Made by a program: the position numbers and the translations under genes
Notes under the pieces: model-generated
The model's input: the letters and a program-made list of their open reading frames with translations, nothing else
The model's database searches: none
What the model was told of the DNA's origin: nothing
Assembly (NCBI RefSeq): GCF_036588685.1
Contig: NC_086382.1
Location: 64,790,001-64,854,000 of the forward strand
Source of the DNA: Mytilus trossulus
Lineage: Eukaryota
Direction of reading: 5' to 3'
DNA length: 64,000 bases
Shown: positions 26,201 through 39,490 of the stretch, piece after piece
How positions within the stretch are numbered: the first letter of the stretch is position 1
How the letters are laid out: the number at the start of each line of letters is the position of its first letter

Positions 26201-27804
26201 TATTTGCATGAGCACAATAATGCTGCCTACAGTACAAGTTTTATTACCATACTTTCAATGTGGGTACAAAGAAATTCGAGCTTTTACTCATACGTTTTTC
26301 TGAACAGTTTATATGTTCTGTATAACCGTGGAAAGTTTATTAAGAAGGCGGTTTGAAGTATCTAAAAACTACTGCCGAACCACATTAATTACTTGTAGAT
26401 GAAAACTAGTTAACACTAGTTGTAACCAATAAGAAACCTTTCAACAGACCAATACGAAATAGAATTAAGATCAGCTGCTTCACTGGTTAAACACTTAATT
26501 TATGTAATTTTTATCATTTATATTTTAAGGGCATGCTTTCTCTCTCAATGTCCAAATGCCTCATTTACTTTTACACGAAACACCCTTTTATCCTTGCGGT
26601 ACCATACTGTTTTCCCTATTACATTTAACATTGATGGAATACATACAAATATTGAAAAGAATTTTGTAATCTAATAGCTATAAAGAATCTAAAATTCGAT
26701 AATAGTCCTACCTATTTGTATTGAAAATGGATAATGGTTAAAAATACAATTAATAATCAACAGGTGCCCGTAAATTATATCATAGGCTGCTTCCCGTGCA
26801 ATTCAGCAACATTAGAAACAGTTGTTTGTACCATTTAGCTTCTGTATATCTCACTTGATTAAAGAATATTTTAATTAAATTTGAAACTTATCAAACGAAA
26901 TGAATTTGCTTGTTTTTCAAAAAACTTAAACATGTACTTTATCTTAAGATTGGCATGCGATCATGTTTTGCTTAATGGTTGTTTTTTGTAAGGTTGTATA
27001 GTTCAACATGAGAAGGAAATTTAAACTTGTTTTTATATAATATGTTTTTCTTTGATAAAGTTGCATAGAAGTATTCATATATGATTACATAAACGAAACT
27101 GGATTATCAAAGGTCTATCAATCTGCTGGCAATATATTTTTTAAAACTTGTTTATTCCATATGTATTATTTAATGTAAAAAAAGGAAAATAAAGGAAATG
27201 AGACACCTATAGACAACTACAGATAAATTAACAATTACAGGTCACTGACGGCCTTCAACAATGAACAAAGGCCATAACACAGTCAACTACAAATGACAAT
27301 GTCAAACAACTCAATCGAGACTCTTTAAGCAAACCCGTCAAACAAGCAATATTTATTTCTGGAAAAAAAAACATGATCAGAATCATCTTTTTGAAATATT
27401 TAAAAAAAAAAAAAAAAAGTCTTTGGTTTTTTTAATTATGATCAATCGTCAATGGGTTCATTGAAGTTTGATGATATAGTCTTCTGTAGACTTCCATCAA
27501 AACATTGTTACATTTATGCATCCGTTTTGCTATGCAAATTGTATGAATTAAAACAACTTCCGTTTAGAATTCAAATATTAAATCTGAATCATCGTGTAAG
27601 GAAAGTACCACGTTCTGTGTACGAAAAACAAACTTATCTGTGTGTAGCCTATTGCAAGACATGTGTTCTCCAATGAAACTTACTATTGTTTTCAAAGTTA
27701 GTGGCAGCTCAAATTTTATACATTTTATCCATGTCGTCTCACTTTGCTAAACGTATATATTGTATTCAATATTTAAACCATTGTATGCTTGGCAATACTA
27801 AATA

Positions 27805-27950
27805 AACTCATCTTATATTAGATACCAGGATTAAAATATATTTACATCAGACGCACGTTTCGTCTACAAAAGACTTATCAGTGACGCTCGAATCAAAAAT
27901 TGTTAAAATGCCAAATAAAGTACGAAGCTGAAAAGCATTGAGGACAAAAT
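27805..27950 (-). repeat. Retrozyme-like repeat with hammerhead (core G8A variant)
   Basis: Minus strand GAGCGTCA-CTGATAA-GTCTTTTGTAGAC-GAAA-CGTGCG-TC^TGATGT. Stem I pairs, but the CUGAUGA box reads CUGAUAA. Confidence 0.75.
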
Positions 27951-30584
27951 GAAAATCAAGGAAAGTAAAACAGCCATTGTATACTCAGCAGCTTTAAATG
28001 TTCAGGTGTAAATGTAGCAATTCTGATTGGATTTTTCCTGTTTTAATGCAAAATGTGAGATTTTAACGTTTTAAGCTATTTAAGATTTAACATTAATGTT
28101 TCTCTGTCAACTAACCAGATTCCCATTAGACATTGACAGATAATGTCAACAGACCCAGGTCTTGATAAACAACATGAGGGAATAAAATTGTTTAGTTATA
28201 GAACTTAATAAAAAATGAAAACGAAGTTACACTATCATTACTTGATAAAATGTTGATGTCAATTTTTCTACCGATTGCACCTTAAATCATTAAGGTCTTT
28301 ATTTACAGTTGATATCTGCTCTTTTTGGGGTCATTTGTTAACATTAATGTACACTGTGACGCAAAGGATGAGAATAAATATCTATATATGGAATCCTGTC
28401 AAGCTAACAGGAAACGGACACAAGTTCAGTGTGAAACGTTAACAGTAATTTTAATAGATTTTATGTCATGTTTCTGAAACATCTTATTTCTGCAATATAC
28501 AGTTATACATGTAATAGAAAAGAGACGACCTAAGTGTTAAAAAGCATAAAGTGCAAGATACAACAAATAGAATAATTTGATAATTATCAACTTTAATTTT
28601 AGTTAAAATTTGTTAAATTCTGACGGCTCTGTGTCCTATGACTCATGAATACGTAATCCAATTTAATGGCATTGCATTATCTTAAAAGTTTTTTTATTTT
28701 TGTTTTAATCAAGTTTTTAAATGAAACAAATGACGTCAAAACAGAATAAATCATTGTAACGAAAAATATTAGGGGTCAATTTTTTAAACGAAATCAACCA
28801 TGATATTTAATACTGTCGCGTTTTATTTATTAAACACGATCATTTTGCAATGGATGCCCTTGCAATATTTTGATTTAACATAAATATTGGAATTAGAGTT
28901 AAGATCAATGAATTTTTATTTTTTTATTTTGATAACTTAGGAAATACACACAGTCATGAATACGCTGTGAACAGGAATTAGGTATAAACTAATAAACTTT
29001 TTAGTAATCTGAATTAAAAAACAAAAGTTTTACAATTAACTAAAGACATCAGTGTCTGTATATTCCGGTTATTTTACAAGTAAACTTTAACAAATAATTA
29101 TCATTTTCACAAACATGTGAAGGGTGTAAACGCAGATTATGTAATGGGCAGGGCAAATGACATAAAGATTGATAACACAGAAACATATTGTATAGACAGA
29201 TAGAGACAACGTGTTAATTACCAGCATTGATGTTAATCACTGAGGTGTGTGTGTGAATATGAAATAGAACGTATAGGACGATAACAGAACAGAACAGAAA
29301 TAAAACTACATGTATATAAGCTTGTATTCGTAAGATATCTATTTGTATTTAAAGATTGTTGACATATCTGTTCATTTGTTTTTAAACAAAGAAGTAGTTT
29401 TGCACAGAGTATCAAACGATGTATAAACAATGTGTCTTCTCAGCTTTATGAGAAATAAAAAATTCGAAACATCGGTAAAATAAGCAAATATTACCTAGAA
29501 ACGTCATACAACCAAGTATGGTCAATTGTAAAATAAAAACATTGTTATGCTCTTAAATAGAAAATTGTACATCAACTGCTACTACAGAGAACAATTCACA
29601 TCAGCATTATTGGTAAAATGACAGTTATTAACACACATACTTGTTACTAAGAATAATTGACCTACGGAATATCTGTACTTTTTACCACAAAGCCTACTCA
29701 ATTATAACGGGGAACTTTTTACACTTGAATTTATTATGATATGAGATAGTCAAATATAGTCAAATATGAGTAACTAGAGCACATGGTAGGTTATATTAAG
29801 TTTGATGTATGGACTTCTTTTTTATTATGTTTTATAACCTTGTATTGTTTTGGGTATTTTATCTCATATATAAGTTATTCTGAACAGACATAATTTATAT
29901 TATGTAGAAAAAATAGTGTTAATGTATGGTTCTGGTATTTTCACTGACCTTGATCGATTAAATATTGCCTTTGCATAGCATCAAGGTTATTAAAAGGTTA
30001 AATAAAAGAGACTGATCATGTATTATGTGATGCCTTACCATCAGATACGTGTTTTCAATACTCTACGGGTAATTTAGGTGACGCATCTAAGATCAAGGTT
30101 CATGTCGAGGTTTGTTCTGTCCATAACGTTTTTTATGGACACTAGTACTTCTGTATCTATCTATTATTTGTTCTCGTGTATCGTCTTTTTTTTCTCTTGA
30201 TTAATGGTTTTGATTGACCTCTGCATTTACTGTTTTTGTTCTAATGAACCTTATTAAAACGAAATATTTGTCTGGTGTAGGAACAATATCAGCATGGTAT
30301 CTTTGATTAGTTTTTATAACTACAGGCACGTTGCAACTTCTGGTTAACGGTTCGTCACAGAGGGAATCACAATCTCAGAAGTACGAACTCTTGTTTTGTA
30401 ATGAATTCTCATCAATACAAAATGTTTTCATTTTGTGTAAATTACCTATATATACAATTAAAAGTTATTAGAAAACTTATAAGGTTATATCTCCATGGCA
30501 AATGTTGCTTTGGTCGTTATTGAATACCTATTGACGTCCTGGGTTTTTTTCAAGTTTAACAAATTCGACAACAGATTTGAATTT

Positions 30585-30690
30585 TATTTGCCCTCTTTCT
30601 GTGTTATTAGACCGTCAATGATGAGACTTATGTAGACAAAACATGCTTTAGGCGTTGAAGGTATTAACCTGGTATTGTTATGAGGTTTTA
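30585..30690 (+). repeat. Degenerate retrozyme-like hammerhead repeat
   Basis: CCGTCAATGATGAGACTTATGTAGACAAAACATGCTTTAGGCGT...CCTGGTA aligns with the reverse complement of 12413-12480. Confidence 0.6.
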
Positions 30691-31224
30691 AAACTTTGGT
30701 TTTCAATTTGTGTTACTGATTTTGTAACATGTACAGCAGTGTTGTTTCTTCTATGTGTTACAATTAACTGCACGAAGGGAACATTTGCCATGAAGATGCA
30801 AACCTAATAAGTTTTCTAAACACTTGACGGTAAATATGAGTAACGGAATAGGTGAATTAACACTAATGACACCCCAAGCCAGCACAATGCAATCTTTTTA
30901 GTAGACAACTAAACAAAAAACTCGTAAATCTCATCCTGCATTGGACACAAAAATTAAGTTATAACCATACAACATTATCCTGTAACGAGATTTATTTACT
31001 TTGGACATCAACACTTAGAGTTTGAGATTGACACCATCTTATCTTTATCGGTAGTATTACAAAAGGAACAAAATCATGCAGATAATAGTCCAGTAAAATG
31101 TGCATTTATCAATGCTTTTACAACCAATAGAAGGACAAACAAGAAAATGCATTCTTTATTTGAAGTTAACATGAATAATTTTAAAAAAGACAATATTTAT
31201 AAGTCATTGCCAAGTTGTGAATGG

Positions 31225-31392
31225 ATTCAGTGGTTGTCGTTTATGTGTTCCATATTTGTGTTTTGTTAATTTTTTTAAATAAATAAGGCCGTTAGTTTTC
31301 CTCGTTTGACTTGTTTTAAATCGTCATTTCGAGGTATTTTATGGCTTGTATAATGTAAAGAGCCTAACTTGTGTCGTATAACTTCAGTTCAT
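31225..31392 (+). repeat. PLE 3' UTR remnant
   Basis: CAGTGGTTGTCGTTTATGTG...AAATAAGGCCGTTAGTTTTC aligns with 34344-34460. Confidence 0.65.
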
Positions 31393-33269
31393 TAATAAGA
31401 TAAAAAAAAAAGCATTACTTTAAAAAGAAGAATACCATCTGCAGTAAAAGTTATAATAAACGTTACTTGTAATGTCAATAGTAAGTGATGATTCAACTCA
31501 TATAATTTGGTTTTCTCCTCCTTCTCTATGGAGTCAAATTGATACAATGTAATTTGAAGGAGAGTTCCGAAATTGGTTAGGTGATAAACAACCACCAGAA
31601 ATCTAAATGCCAAATGCAAATATATATGAAATACGTTAAGATGGTGGAATCATTTATCGAAAATAAACCTTATAATTTTGATTAAATACAGCGGGCATTT
31701 TGACCAATTTCTTACATGTTTATTGCTTCGTAGAATATTTTATTTGGCTTAGTGAGAAAAAATACTACGTGTACAATGATTGTAAATAGCAATTTTCTAG
31801 ACTTTAAAACAACAATAAACTTAAAGCATATAGACTTTAAGAACATATTACACTTGAGAAGAGCGTTTTCAAATATTGCATGCTGAAAAGTATGCATTAG
31901 AGGTACTTTGAAGCTTTATAACACATTATAGTATTTCGTTGACCGCGTTCTTTAATGGTTAATTGGTTTAAGTCACTCGTCTAGACTTGCTTCAAGTCTC
32001 TTTCTTATCAGTTTATTTTCAATCTATAACCTATCAAGACTTTGTTATTATAAAACAGAATCTGTTTGCTGATAACTGACCTTATCGCCTATACTTATAA
32101 CCCTGGGATACGGTCATCCCTCTCATTAATTATCAGCACAATTGCAATCAATTTGATTTCAGTACACTTGTTAAAAGTGTTTCAAACAAGATAGTAGATG
32201 TTTTGAAGTCCAATTGTTTTCCGAAAAATAAACATAACACCGAACCTAAGTTAATTGCTATGCGCATGAGACAATTTTCTCGATTCGTTTTATTCAAAAA
32301 CATTTAAACATGAGATTTGAATACTAAGCGTGTGTAAATATCTGAATATAGCTAAGGATATACAATAAATATGTAAACAAAAAATTAAAAACACCAAACA
32401 AATTTGGCTTCCAAAATTAAATGGAAGTGTAATAATTCCAGAGATTTGCCATTAATTAAAAGAACCATGTTGTTTACATAAAGGTTGTTGACTTTGATGA
32501 AGTCGATTTATTATTTGATACTGATTGCCTCTCTGCAAAACATGTCACATTTGTGCGTTGTCAAAAAGATCGATATTCTACTATTATCTTAGGGTGGAAT
32601 ACCATATAAAATTGTTACCCGGTGCAATAGCAATTCGGCATTTTATTCAAGTAAAAAGGATTCAAACTCATCTTATCGACGACATATAAATGCTGACGTA
32701 GACGTCTTTCGGTCTCTAGTACAGATTTGTCTCATTGGCAATCATACCACGTCTATTGTTTTCAAATTTTACATATCTAAGCATAACAAAAACAAATGTT
32801 CAGCACAACATACTTGATCTTCAAATCCCCGTTTCCAGCAACAAAACGAGGTTCAATAGTGTTATGATTGAAGCATGATTATGTAGTACAAGGACAGTTC
32901 AAGTCACTTATCAATTAATGATATTAATTACCACTTTAGAAGAAAATGTCATCGTAATATATTGCAATTTAAAATAATTATCATTGACATGAAACGCATA
33001 TTTTTTACTGTATTTGTCATTATATACAGATGGAGTCATCACGAATAAAATGAGTAACACACAATGTAACATAGTATCAATTTTTATTTTTAAATTTGTA
33101 AAAGTTTAACTATTTTAACACAATGAGTGCAGTTTTATCAAGTAAATGAAATGAAAGGCGGGAAATATCAAAGTTGATATTCAAACGTATGCGTCGACCA
33201 CACATGCGTCGATAAACAACAATAAAGCACAAACTATACTACACAAAACACATATCATAACTACAGACT

Positions 33270-34594
33270 TACAAGAGGTGATATGAGATGATTAAAGCTG
33301 TTAATTTTCTCCTTGATAATATATATGTACGTTTCGCCATCAAAGTTTATCGACATGTTGTAGGTATCCCCATGGGCACTAATTGTGCCCCTTTAATAGC
33401 AGACTTGTTTTTGTACTATTACTAATCACAGTTTATGACTAAATTCAGTAAAGACCCGTCGAATTTGAATTTTATTGATAAATTCAACAAAACGTACCGT
33501 TATCTTGATAATATGTTTTCGTTAAATAATCAAGAATGTTCTCAATATACTGCTGAAATTTACCCAAAGGAACTTTCTTTAAATAAATCAAATTTATTTG
33601 GTAATAACTGTCCTTTCCTGGATTTAGATATTTCTGTTTTAAAGGAGAATTTTTCTTTTTCAGATGGTGATGTTCCTTTGGCACATTTTTACGGTTTTTA
33701 TATTTCACAACTTGTTCATTATGACCGTGTCTGATGTGACGTTTTTGATTTTAACGAACGCAACCTATGTATTACTGGTAAATTATTAAACCAGGGATAT
33801 CGTTACCATAAATTACTTTTACTAAATTTGTCCATAGATATAAAGATTTGGTATTGAAGTTTGGTTATACCTGTAGAAAACTTATTTCAAAAGGGATAGC
33901 AAATCGTCATTTTTACGGGAATGTTGTTAACCTTGCCCGGAAATTTAGAAATGATCCATGTAAACTTGTCGCTTCTTGAAATAAACTTATTCTAAAAGGT
34001 TACCTATTCAACACTGTAATACGGATTGATAGTTTAGTCTTAGATGCATGATATTTTTATTGGTTGTTCGTGACTTTGAACTAGCTGTCAGATAACTGCA
34101 AGTACTCTCAGTTCTGTTCATTGTGTCTTTTTGTGTCGGGATGTATAAGTACCCGGCCACGTCCACTTATATTTTTGTCCATCTGATGAGTTAAGCCTTT
34201 TTCAACTGATTTTTATAGTTTGTTCTTATGTTGTACTGTTATACCACTGTCCCAGATTAGGGGAGGGTTTGGATCCCGCTTACATGTTTAACCCCGCCAC
34301 ATTATTTATGTATGTGCCTGTCCCCAGTCTGGAGCCTGTAAATTAGTGATTGTCGTTTGTTTATGTGTTACATATTTGTTTTTCGTAGATTTTTGTACAT
34401 AAATAAGGCTGTTAGTTTTCTCGTTTGAATTGTTTTACATTGTCTTATCGGGACCTCGTATAGCTGACTATGCGGTATGGGCTTTGCTTTGTTGAAGGCC
34501 GTACGGTGACCTATAGTTGTTAATGTCTGTGTCATTTTGGTCTTTTGTGGATAGTTGTCTCATTGGCAATCATACCACATCTTCTATTTTATAT
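33270..34594 (+). mobile_element. Older 5'-truncated Naiad-type PLE (related subfamily), nested in a family C remnant
   Basis: Translates EMIKAVNFLLDNIYVRFAIKVYRHVVGIPMGTNCAPLIADLFLYYY*SQFMTKFSKDP...TYRYLDN...CPFLDLDI...YISQLVHYDRV*CDVFDFNERNLCITGKLLNQGYRYHKL. The 3' UTR ends in TTGTCTCATTGGCAATCATACCACATCTTCTATTTTTAT. Confidence 0.9.
33285..34020 (+). pseudogene. Decayed PLE reverse transcriptase
   Basis: RT motifs GIPMGTNCAP, YRYLDN (YLDD decayed) and FLDLDI. Contains premature TAA, TGA, an internal deletion and a frameshift. Confidence 0.85.
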
Positions 34595-35440
34595 TAGAAA
34601 CACGAACTTTACTATCAAAGAAGTGAAATGAGGTGCTACGCAAGGATAATCAGATCCTACCCTTTAAATGCATGACACCAATCATATTTTTTTTAAATGT
34701 CAAGTCTTCATATTGAAACATTAGGAGAAACAAATAAAGACTTGTATATTTTTCAGAATCAAATCATACACACAATTGGATTTTTTTGCGCTTGGATTAA
34801 ACCTGATCAAACCTGGATCAGCAAGTTAATGTTTTAAAAAAATAATTCAACATTTACTTATTGTTCGCACATTTGGATAGTTCAATTCAATATCGAATCT
34901 GTTTCTATATCCATTGTACTTTTAATACACACAATATATCTAAATACTGAAGACAGTCTAAAAATCTGCACAATATTCAGCTTGAAAATATTTTTTTTTG
35001 TGATTTAGGCACATTCCTCTTACAAAGGCAAAGTCTAATGAATTTATTTTTCTAATAAATAACTATTCAAAATGTCATTTCCAAGTGATATAAATAATTA
35101 TCAACAACAATAACTTTCATTCCATCGTCAAGTATGTACGATAAACAAACATGTAAATTGAGGAATTAATTAAACGTAACATCTTTATGGTAAGCTATTA
35201 TATAATTACATTAACACAGCTACGTCAAAATATGACCCTGAAGAAGTACTTTTATTTGTTACAACAACAATTAAGTGTTCACAATTGCATGACCTCGATC
35301 ATAACGATAAAACTTTATTTAAATGTGTGCTAAATAAAATAAAAACGAAATTATTAGCCTCTTTTTAGGCGAGCATATCAACTTCTCTATGCTGAATGTA
35401 GGCTTAACAGAGCTTGATGTAAGCAAAACCCCATACTATA

Positions 35441-36290
35441 TAAAGCTGAGAAGGAAAAGAAGAATATGTCATAGTTACAACAATACAAAAACACACAGAA
35501 GAACATACTTGGGAATCAAATAGGTCTTTAACGCAGGGAGAAAATCCCGCAACCAAATGCTGGTTTCAGCTGACTCCAAATACATAAATATATACTATGG
35601 TCGGGTGGTTGTCACTTTGACATATTCACCGTTTCCTTTCTCAATTTTAGTTCAGATTATGTCTTCATCATGTGTAAATCAAGCACAAATCCTGCCGTTA
35701 GGGGATAAGTAACATGCCTTGATTTATTATTAACACTACCCATACCAAGATAACAACTGGTTTTAAAATAATTGTGTTTATATTTCAGCCAAGCACCCAT
35801 GAGGAAATAAATTATCATTTCAAAAATTCCATTTTTAGTGACTTGATATCAGTATCGTTACTTTATTTTCTCTGAAACAGTCGTTTGGTTAGCTATGGAG
35901 CCAAACTTTACAAACTTTTGTAGAATATTACCTAAAAAAATTGGACACGAAAATCCTGAACCTACAGTGTATGCACGTTAATATATATTTGCGAATGATG
36001 GCCTCGTACCAAAAACAAATAAAGAAGAAATTTTGCGATATTGAAAAAGCTGTTGTCCGAACTTTCAGTAAAACAGAGATTTCTTTCGTTCAATTCAAGT
36101 ACAATGTTACATACACAAGGAAACCGAAGAAGATGAGATATATGAATACCAATATATTGTTCCAGGAGAATACCACCATCTGGGAACGTAAAATTAACAA
36201 GAGCAAATAAAAAGTAATTTCTTTTATTGTAAGTTATAGTAGTAATCGTCCCTTTAAGATTAAAAAAAATGATGATACTCACATTTAGTT
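35441..36290 (-). mobile_element. Old, diverged copy of the young Naiad-type PLE family
   Basis: ORF 35962..36282 contains FALVNFTFPDGGILLEQYIGIHISHLLRFPCVCNIVLELNERNLCFTE. The 3' UTR (35441-35780) aligns with 370-530 and 885-1010 and includes a decayed SECIS at ~35664-35730. Confidence 0.8.
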
Positions 36291-38019
36291 TTTGCGATAT
36301 TTATGCGCAATATCGAAAGGTCAGAAACTCCTATTCGAAACCTTTGACCAAAACATTATTATCAGCTAAAACTCTATACAATATAACACAACACGTTTCG
36401 TAAAATTAGTTTTCCGACGTTATTCTTTATGAACGAGAGCAGATTTATCGACCAAATGAAGACGTATTGCAATTTGTTTTACAAAAAAGTTCTTACTCGA
36501 TATACAAAAAGAAATAAACTAATATATTCTGATTATTTATCAATTGCTGTTATAAGTCCTACCTGTAATGATGTATAACATATTAAAACTCGTCCACTCC
36601 GTGTGTAATACATTCCCAAAATTACAAAATCATAAAAAGATATCGACTTCTCCATACATCCTACCGATCTAACTAACAGACAAAGTTTGTAAAGAGATAC
36701 ACGTTACAATTATAGTGAAACAGCTTAAGAGGCTACGTTTTTGTTTTGTTTTAGAAACAACATACAATTCTATTAGTTATCCGGAAAATGGATATGTTCA
36801 TTGTTGAAATATAATTAAGATTGAAGTGCTGTTAATTAGACTCTGTTGTAGTAATATTATCTAAAAAGATTAGTCCGTTTCGTGGCTGCAAAAGACTTGT
36901 TTTACCGATTTAATGATTTTCCTATGATACCAAGAAAACTATCTATCGGATATCCTGCGGTAAATGCCATTTAATAACTGTATTACGTGTTTTGAGACAA
37001 AGATGTAAAGAGCTATCTTTTAGAGCTTACCAAACATTGATCATTGACTACTAAAACCAAGTGAAGAATGACAAAATAAAGACCAGGACACATTCAAAAA
37101 CAAATAGTTGTTTCTGGAATAACTTGAATCAGGTTAACTCTTATCGAAAAGGGTTGGAAAGTCAGAAATACTAGTATACATTTTTTGAAGCATTTCGACC
37201 AATTCGCAAACGGGTCTCATAAATCAGTTTAAAAATTTTTGATAGATGATAACATACTTTATAAGTTAAATGGTCATGAAACTACCAGAAGTAATTCTTA
37301 TAACGACAGATAAAATTAAGGAAAAAGCGAATGAGTTTTATGGTCTTCTAAGCTTTTGAAATAAGTACAAATGTATTACAGAAAATGTCAATGGACACGG
37401 AAGTGTTTACTTTACGCAATCGTCACATTTACACGACATTAAAGATGAATCAAATTGAATCATACTCTAAAATGCATGGCTTCTTTTAGATATAATTCAG
37501 ACTGATTTCTTTATTAAGCTCATTAATTTATCTAATAAGTTAAACCTTAACAAGACATTACAAGTTTGTAAGTATCGAGATGACATTTTCGATTAACAAT
37601 GCCAATTGAAAGTGCCAGACAAGATCTGCTAAGGAAAATAAACAAATATTATCATTTCTGATACAACTGTAACAGAGAAGTATTTAAGAACATATTTTAA
37701 TTATTTGTCCGTTTTGGAACAAGACAATCCAATGTCTGAATATTGTATCCCATCATTTAAAACACAGAACTTTTTTCTATACGCAAAGTTCATATCAATT
37801 TTTCTCACCAAATATCTTAAAATATTATAGTTTTGTCTTTCAATACCCACTTTCGAAAAGTAAGTTGGACTAGAGAATATTTTACTACTTAATATAATAG
37901 TTCCAGGTTGAACCAGATTTTTACAATGTGGAAATATTTGAACAAACTACTTTTCACGTGACAGTTATTTGCTTTAAAACTTTTTGAATTGTTAATTGTA
38001 AACATGTTTGATCGACTGA

Positions 38020-38645
38020 CCCCATTTTGCTAATTGTCTATATGCCTTTTGTGGGTCCTTGTTAAATGCCGTGGTTCCGTACTTATACATCCCGTCATTG
38101 TGCTATTGTACTATGGTAATTTTTGTATAGTTTATTTCATTATTAATCAAGTGCTATATATATATGATTTATTGTGCATCTTTGAAACCTTTTTGTTTGT
38201 TTTTATAGTGACTATGATTACAATGTTGACCGCTGTACCTCAATTTTTACCTATTATAAAATTGAGAATGGAAATGGGGAATGTGTCAAAGAGACAACAA
38301 CCCGACCAAATAAAAAACAACAGCAGAAGGTCACCAACAGGTCTTCAATGTAGCGAGAAATTCCCGCACCCGGAGGCGTCCTTCAGCTGGCCCCTAAACA
38401 AATATATACTAGTTCAGTCTGTTTGTTTTATTCACACAGTGTTGAAACTATAAACTGGAATTCTATGCGACTTTCATACAAGTGAGATTTTTATAAAACA
38501 AGGTTTATTCTACAATTTTCTAATTAAGTAAATGCCGGTACCAAGTCAGGAATATGATAGTTTGTTTCCCGTCGTTTGATGTGTTTGAACTATTGTGTTA
38601 TGCCATTTGTTTATGGACTTTCCGTTTTGAAAATTGCTAGGAGTT
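38020..38645 (+). repeat. Family E repeat interrupted by a young PLE 3'-end insertion
   Basis: Flanks ...TTTTTACCTATT | CTGTTTGTTTTATTCACAC... are contiguous in the homologues at 23085-23130 and 53530-53580. Confidence 0.7.
38256..38418 (-). mobile_element. ~160-bp 3'-terminal copy of the young PLE
   Basis: Nearly identical to 366-533 (ATAAAATTGAGAATGG...TACTAGTTCAGT), differing in A-tract length. Confidence 0.9.
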
Positions 38646-39324
38646 TACAGACCAACATACGAAACTAGAATTCATAAAACATAAAACCTTGATTTTGAGT
38701 TTAACTACCATATGGCGATAACCAGTAATGGTATATTGATGAAGCAGAAAATAAAGATTGCAGTTAAATTATTGATGTTGTACAAGATTTGCTATTAAAT
38801 GGCATACCATGCAGACTGATAATTTGCAATAGACACGAAGTTTTCATAACGTATGATTTCTTGGTTGGCATAAAATATTACGAACGAATTTCGACATGTT
38901 AGTTGATTACAATTAAATTAACTTATTCTTATAATCTCTGAACTATTGACATACCACAAAATTATACCAATTTAACTCCTTTTTCGTTATATCACAAACA
39001 CGGAAATTTGAACAGCTTTGTTATTACGGGAAAGAAGAAATTGTCACATGCGGTCTGTATTTTACAGTCCCTTTCACTAAAGTCACACAATTATTAAGAT
39101 TAGTTATTGTCTGAACATGTACAAATATTGTTAAAAAGTATGGATTATGGCTAATTTCGTCCTCACATTCTCGGCTTAGAGAAAGTATCTCCACAAAAGA
39201 TCTATGAAAGCATACGATTTTTCTGTTGTTTTCGTTTCTTATCGTTTTTGAATAAACAAATTAATGATAAAGCTGTTTATCAAGTTAAAACAACATAATG
39301 AAAAAAAATATTAAACATTAAGGC

Positions 39325-39490
39325 TACTGCAATATACACCTGTTCAACAGTCATAAATCGATTAAAAGAAAGAAAAAAAAACTGGATTATAAACTGAAAC
39401 TGAGAGATACAAATCAGCTATAAGAGGGAAACAAGAAAACAACAAGAACTTTAAATTCAAAAATAAAAGCAAACGCCAACATACAAATTG
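39325..39490. repeat. Dispersed repeat family D copy
   Basis: CTGTTCAACAGTCATAAATCGATT...AAACTGAAACTGAGAG...CTATAAGAGG...AAACGCCAACATACA. Confidence 0.6.

Noticed and set aside
34180-34212. TGATGA...CTGA box C/D-like, hammerhead-like or SECIS-like motif in a PLE 3' UTR
   Set aside because: There is no GAAA box, the helix is too short for a SECIS, and the motif is not retained at the homologous position of the young family (735-770).
38034-38453. 139-aa ORF
   Set aside because: Chimeric frame that reads through a repeat and the antisense strand of an inserted PLE end.
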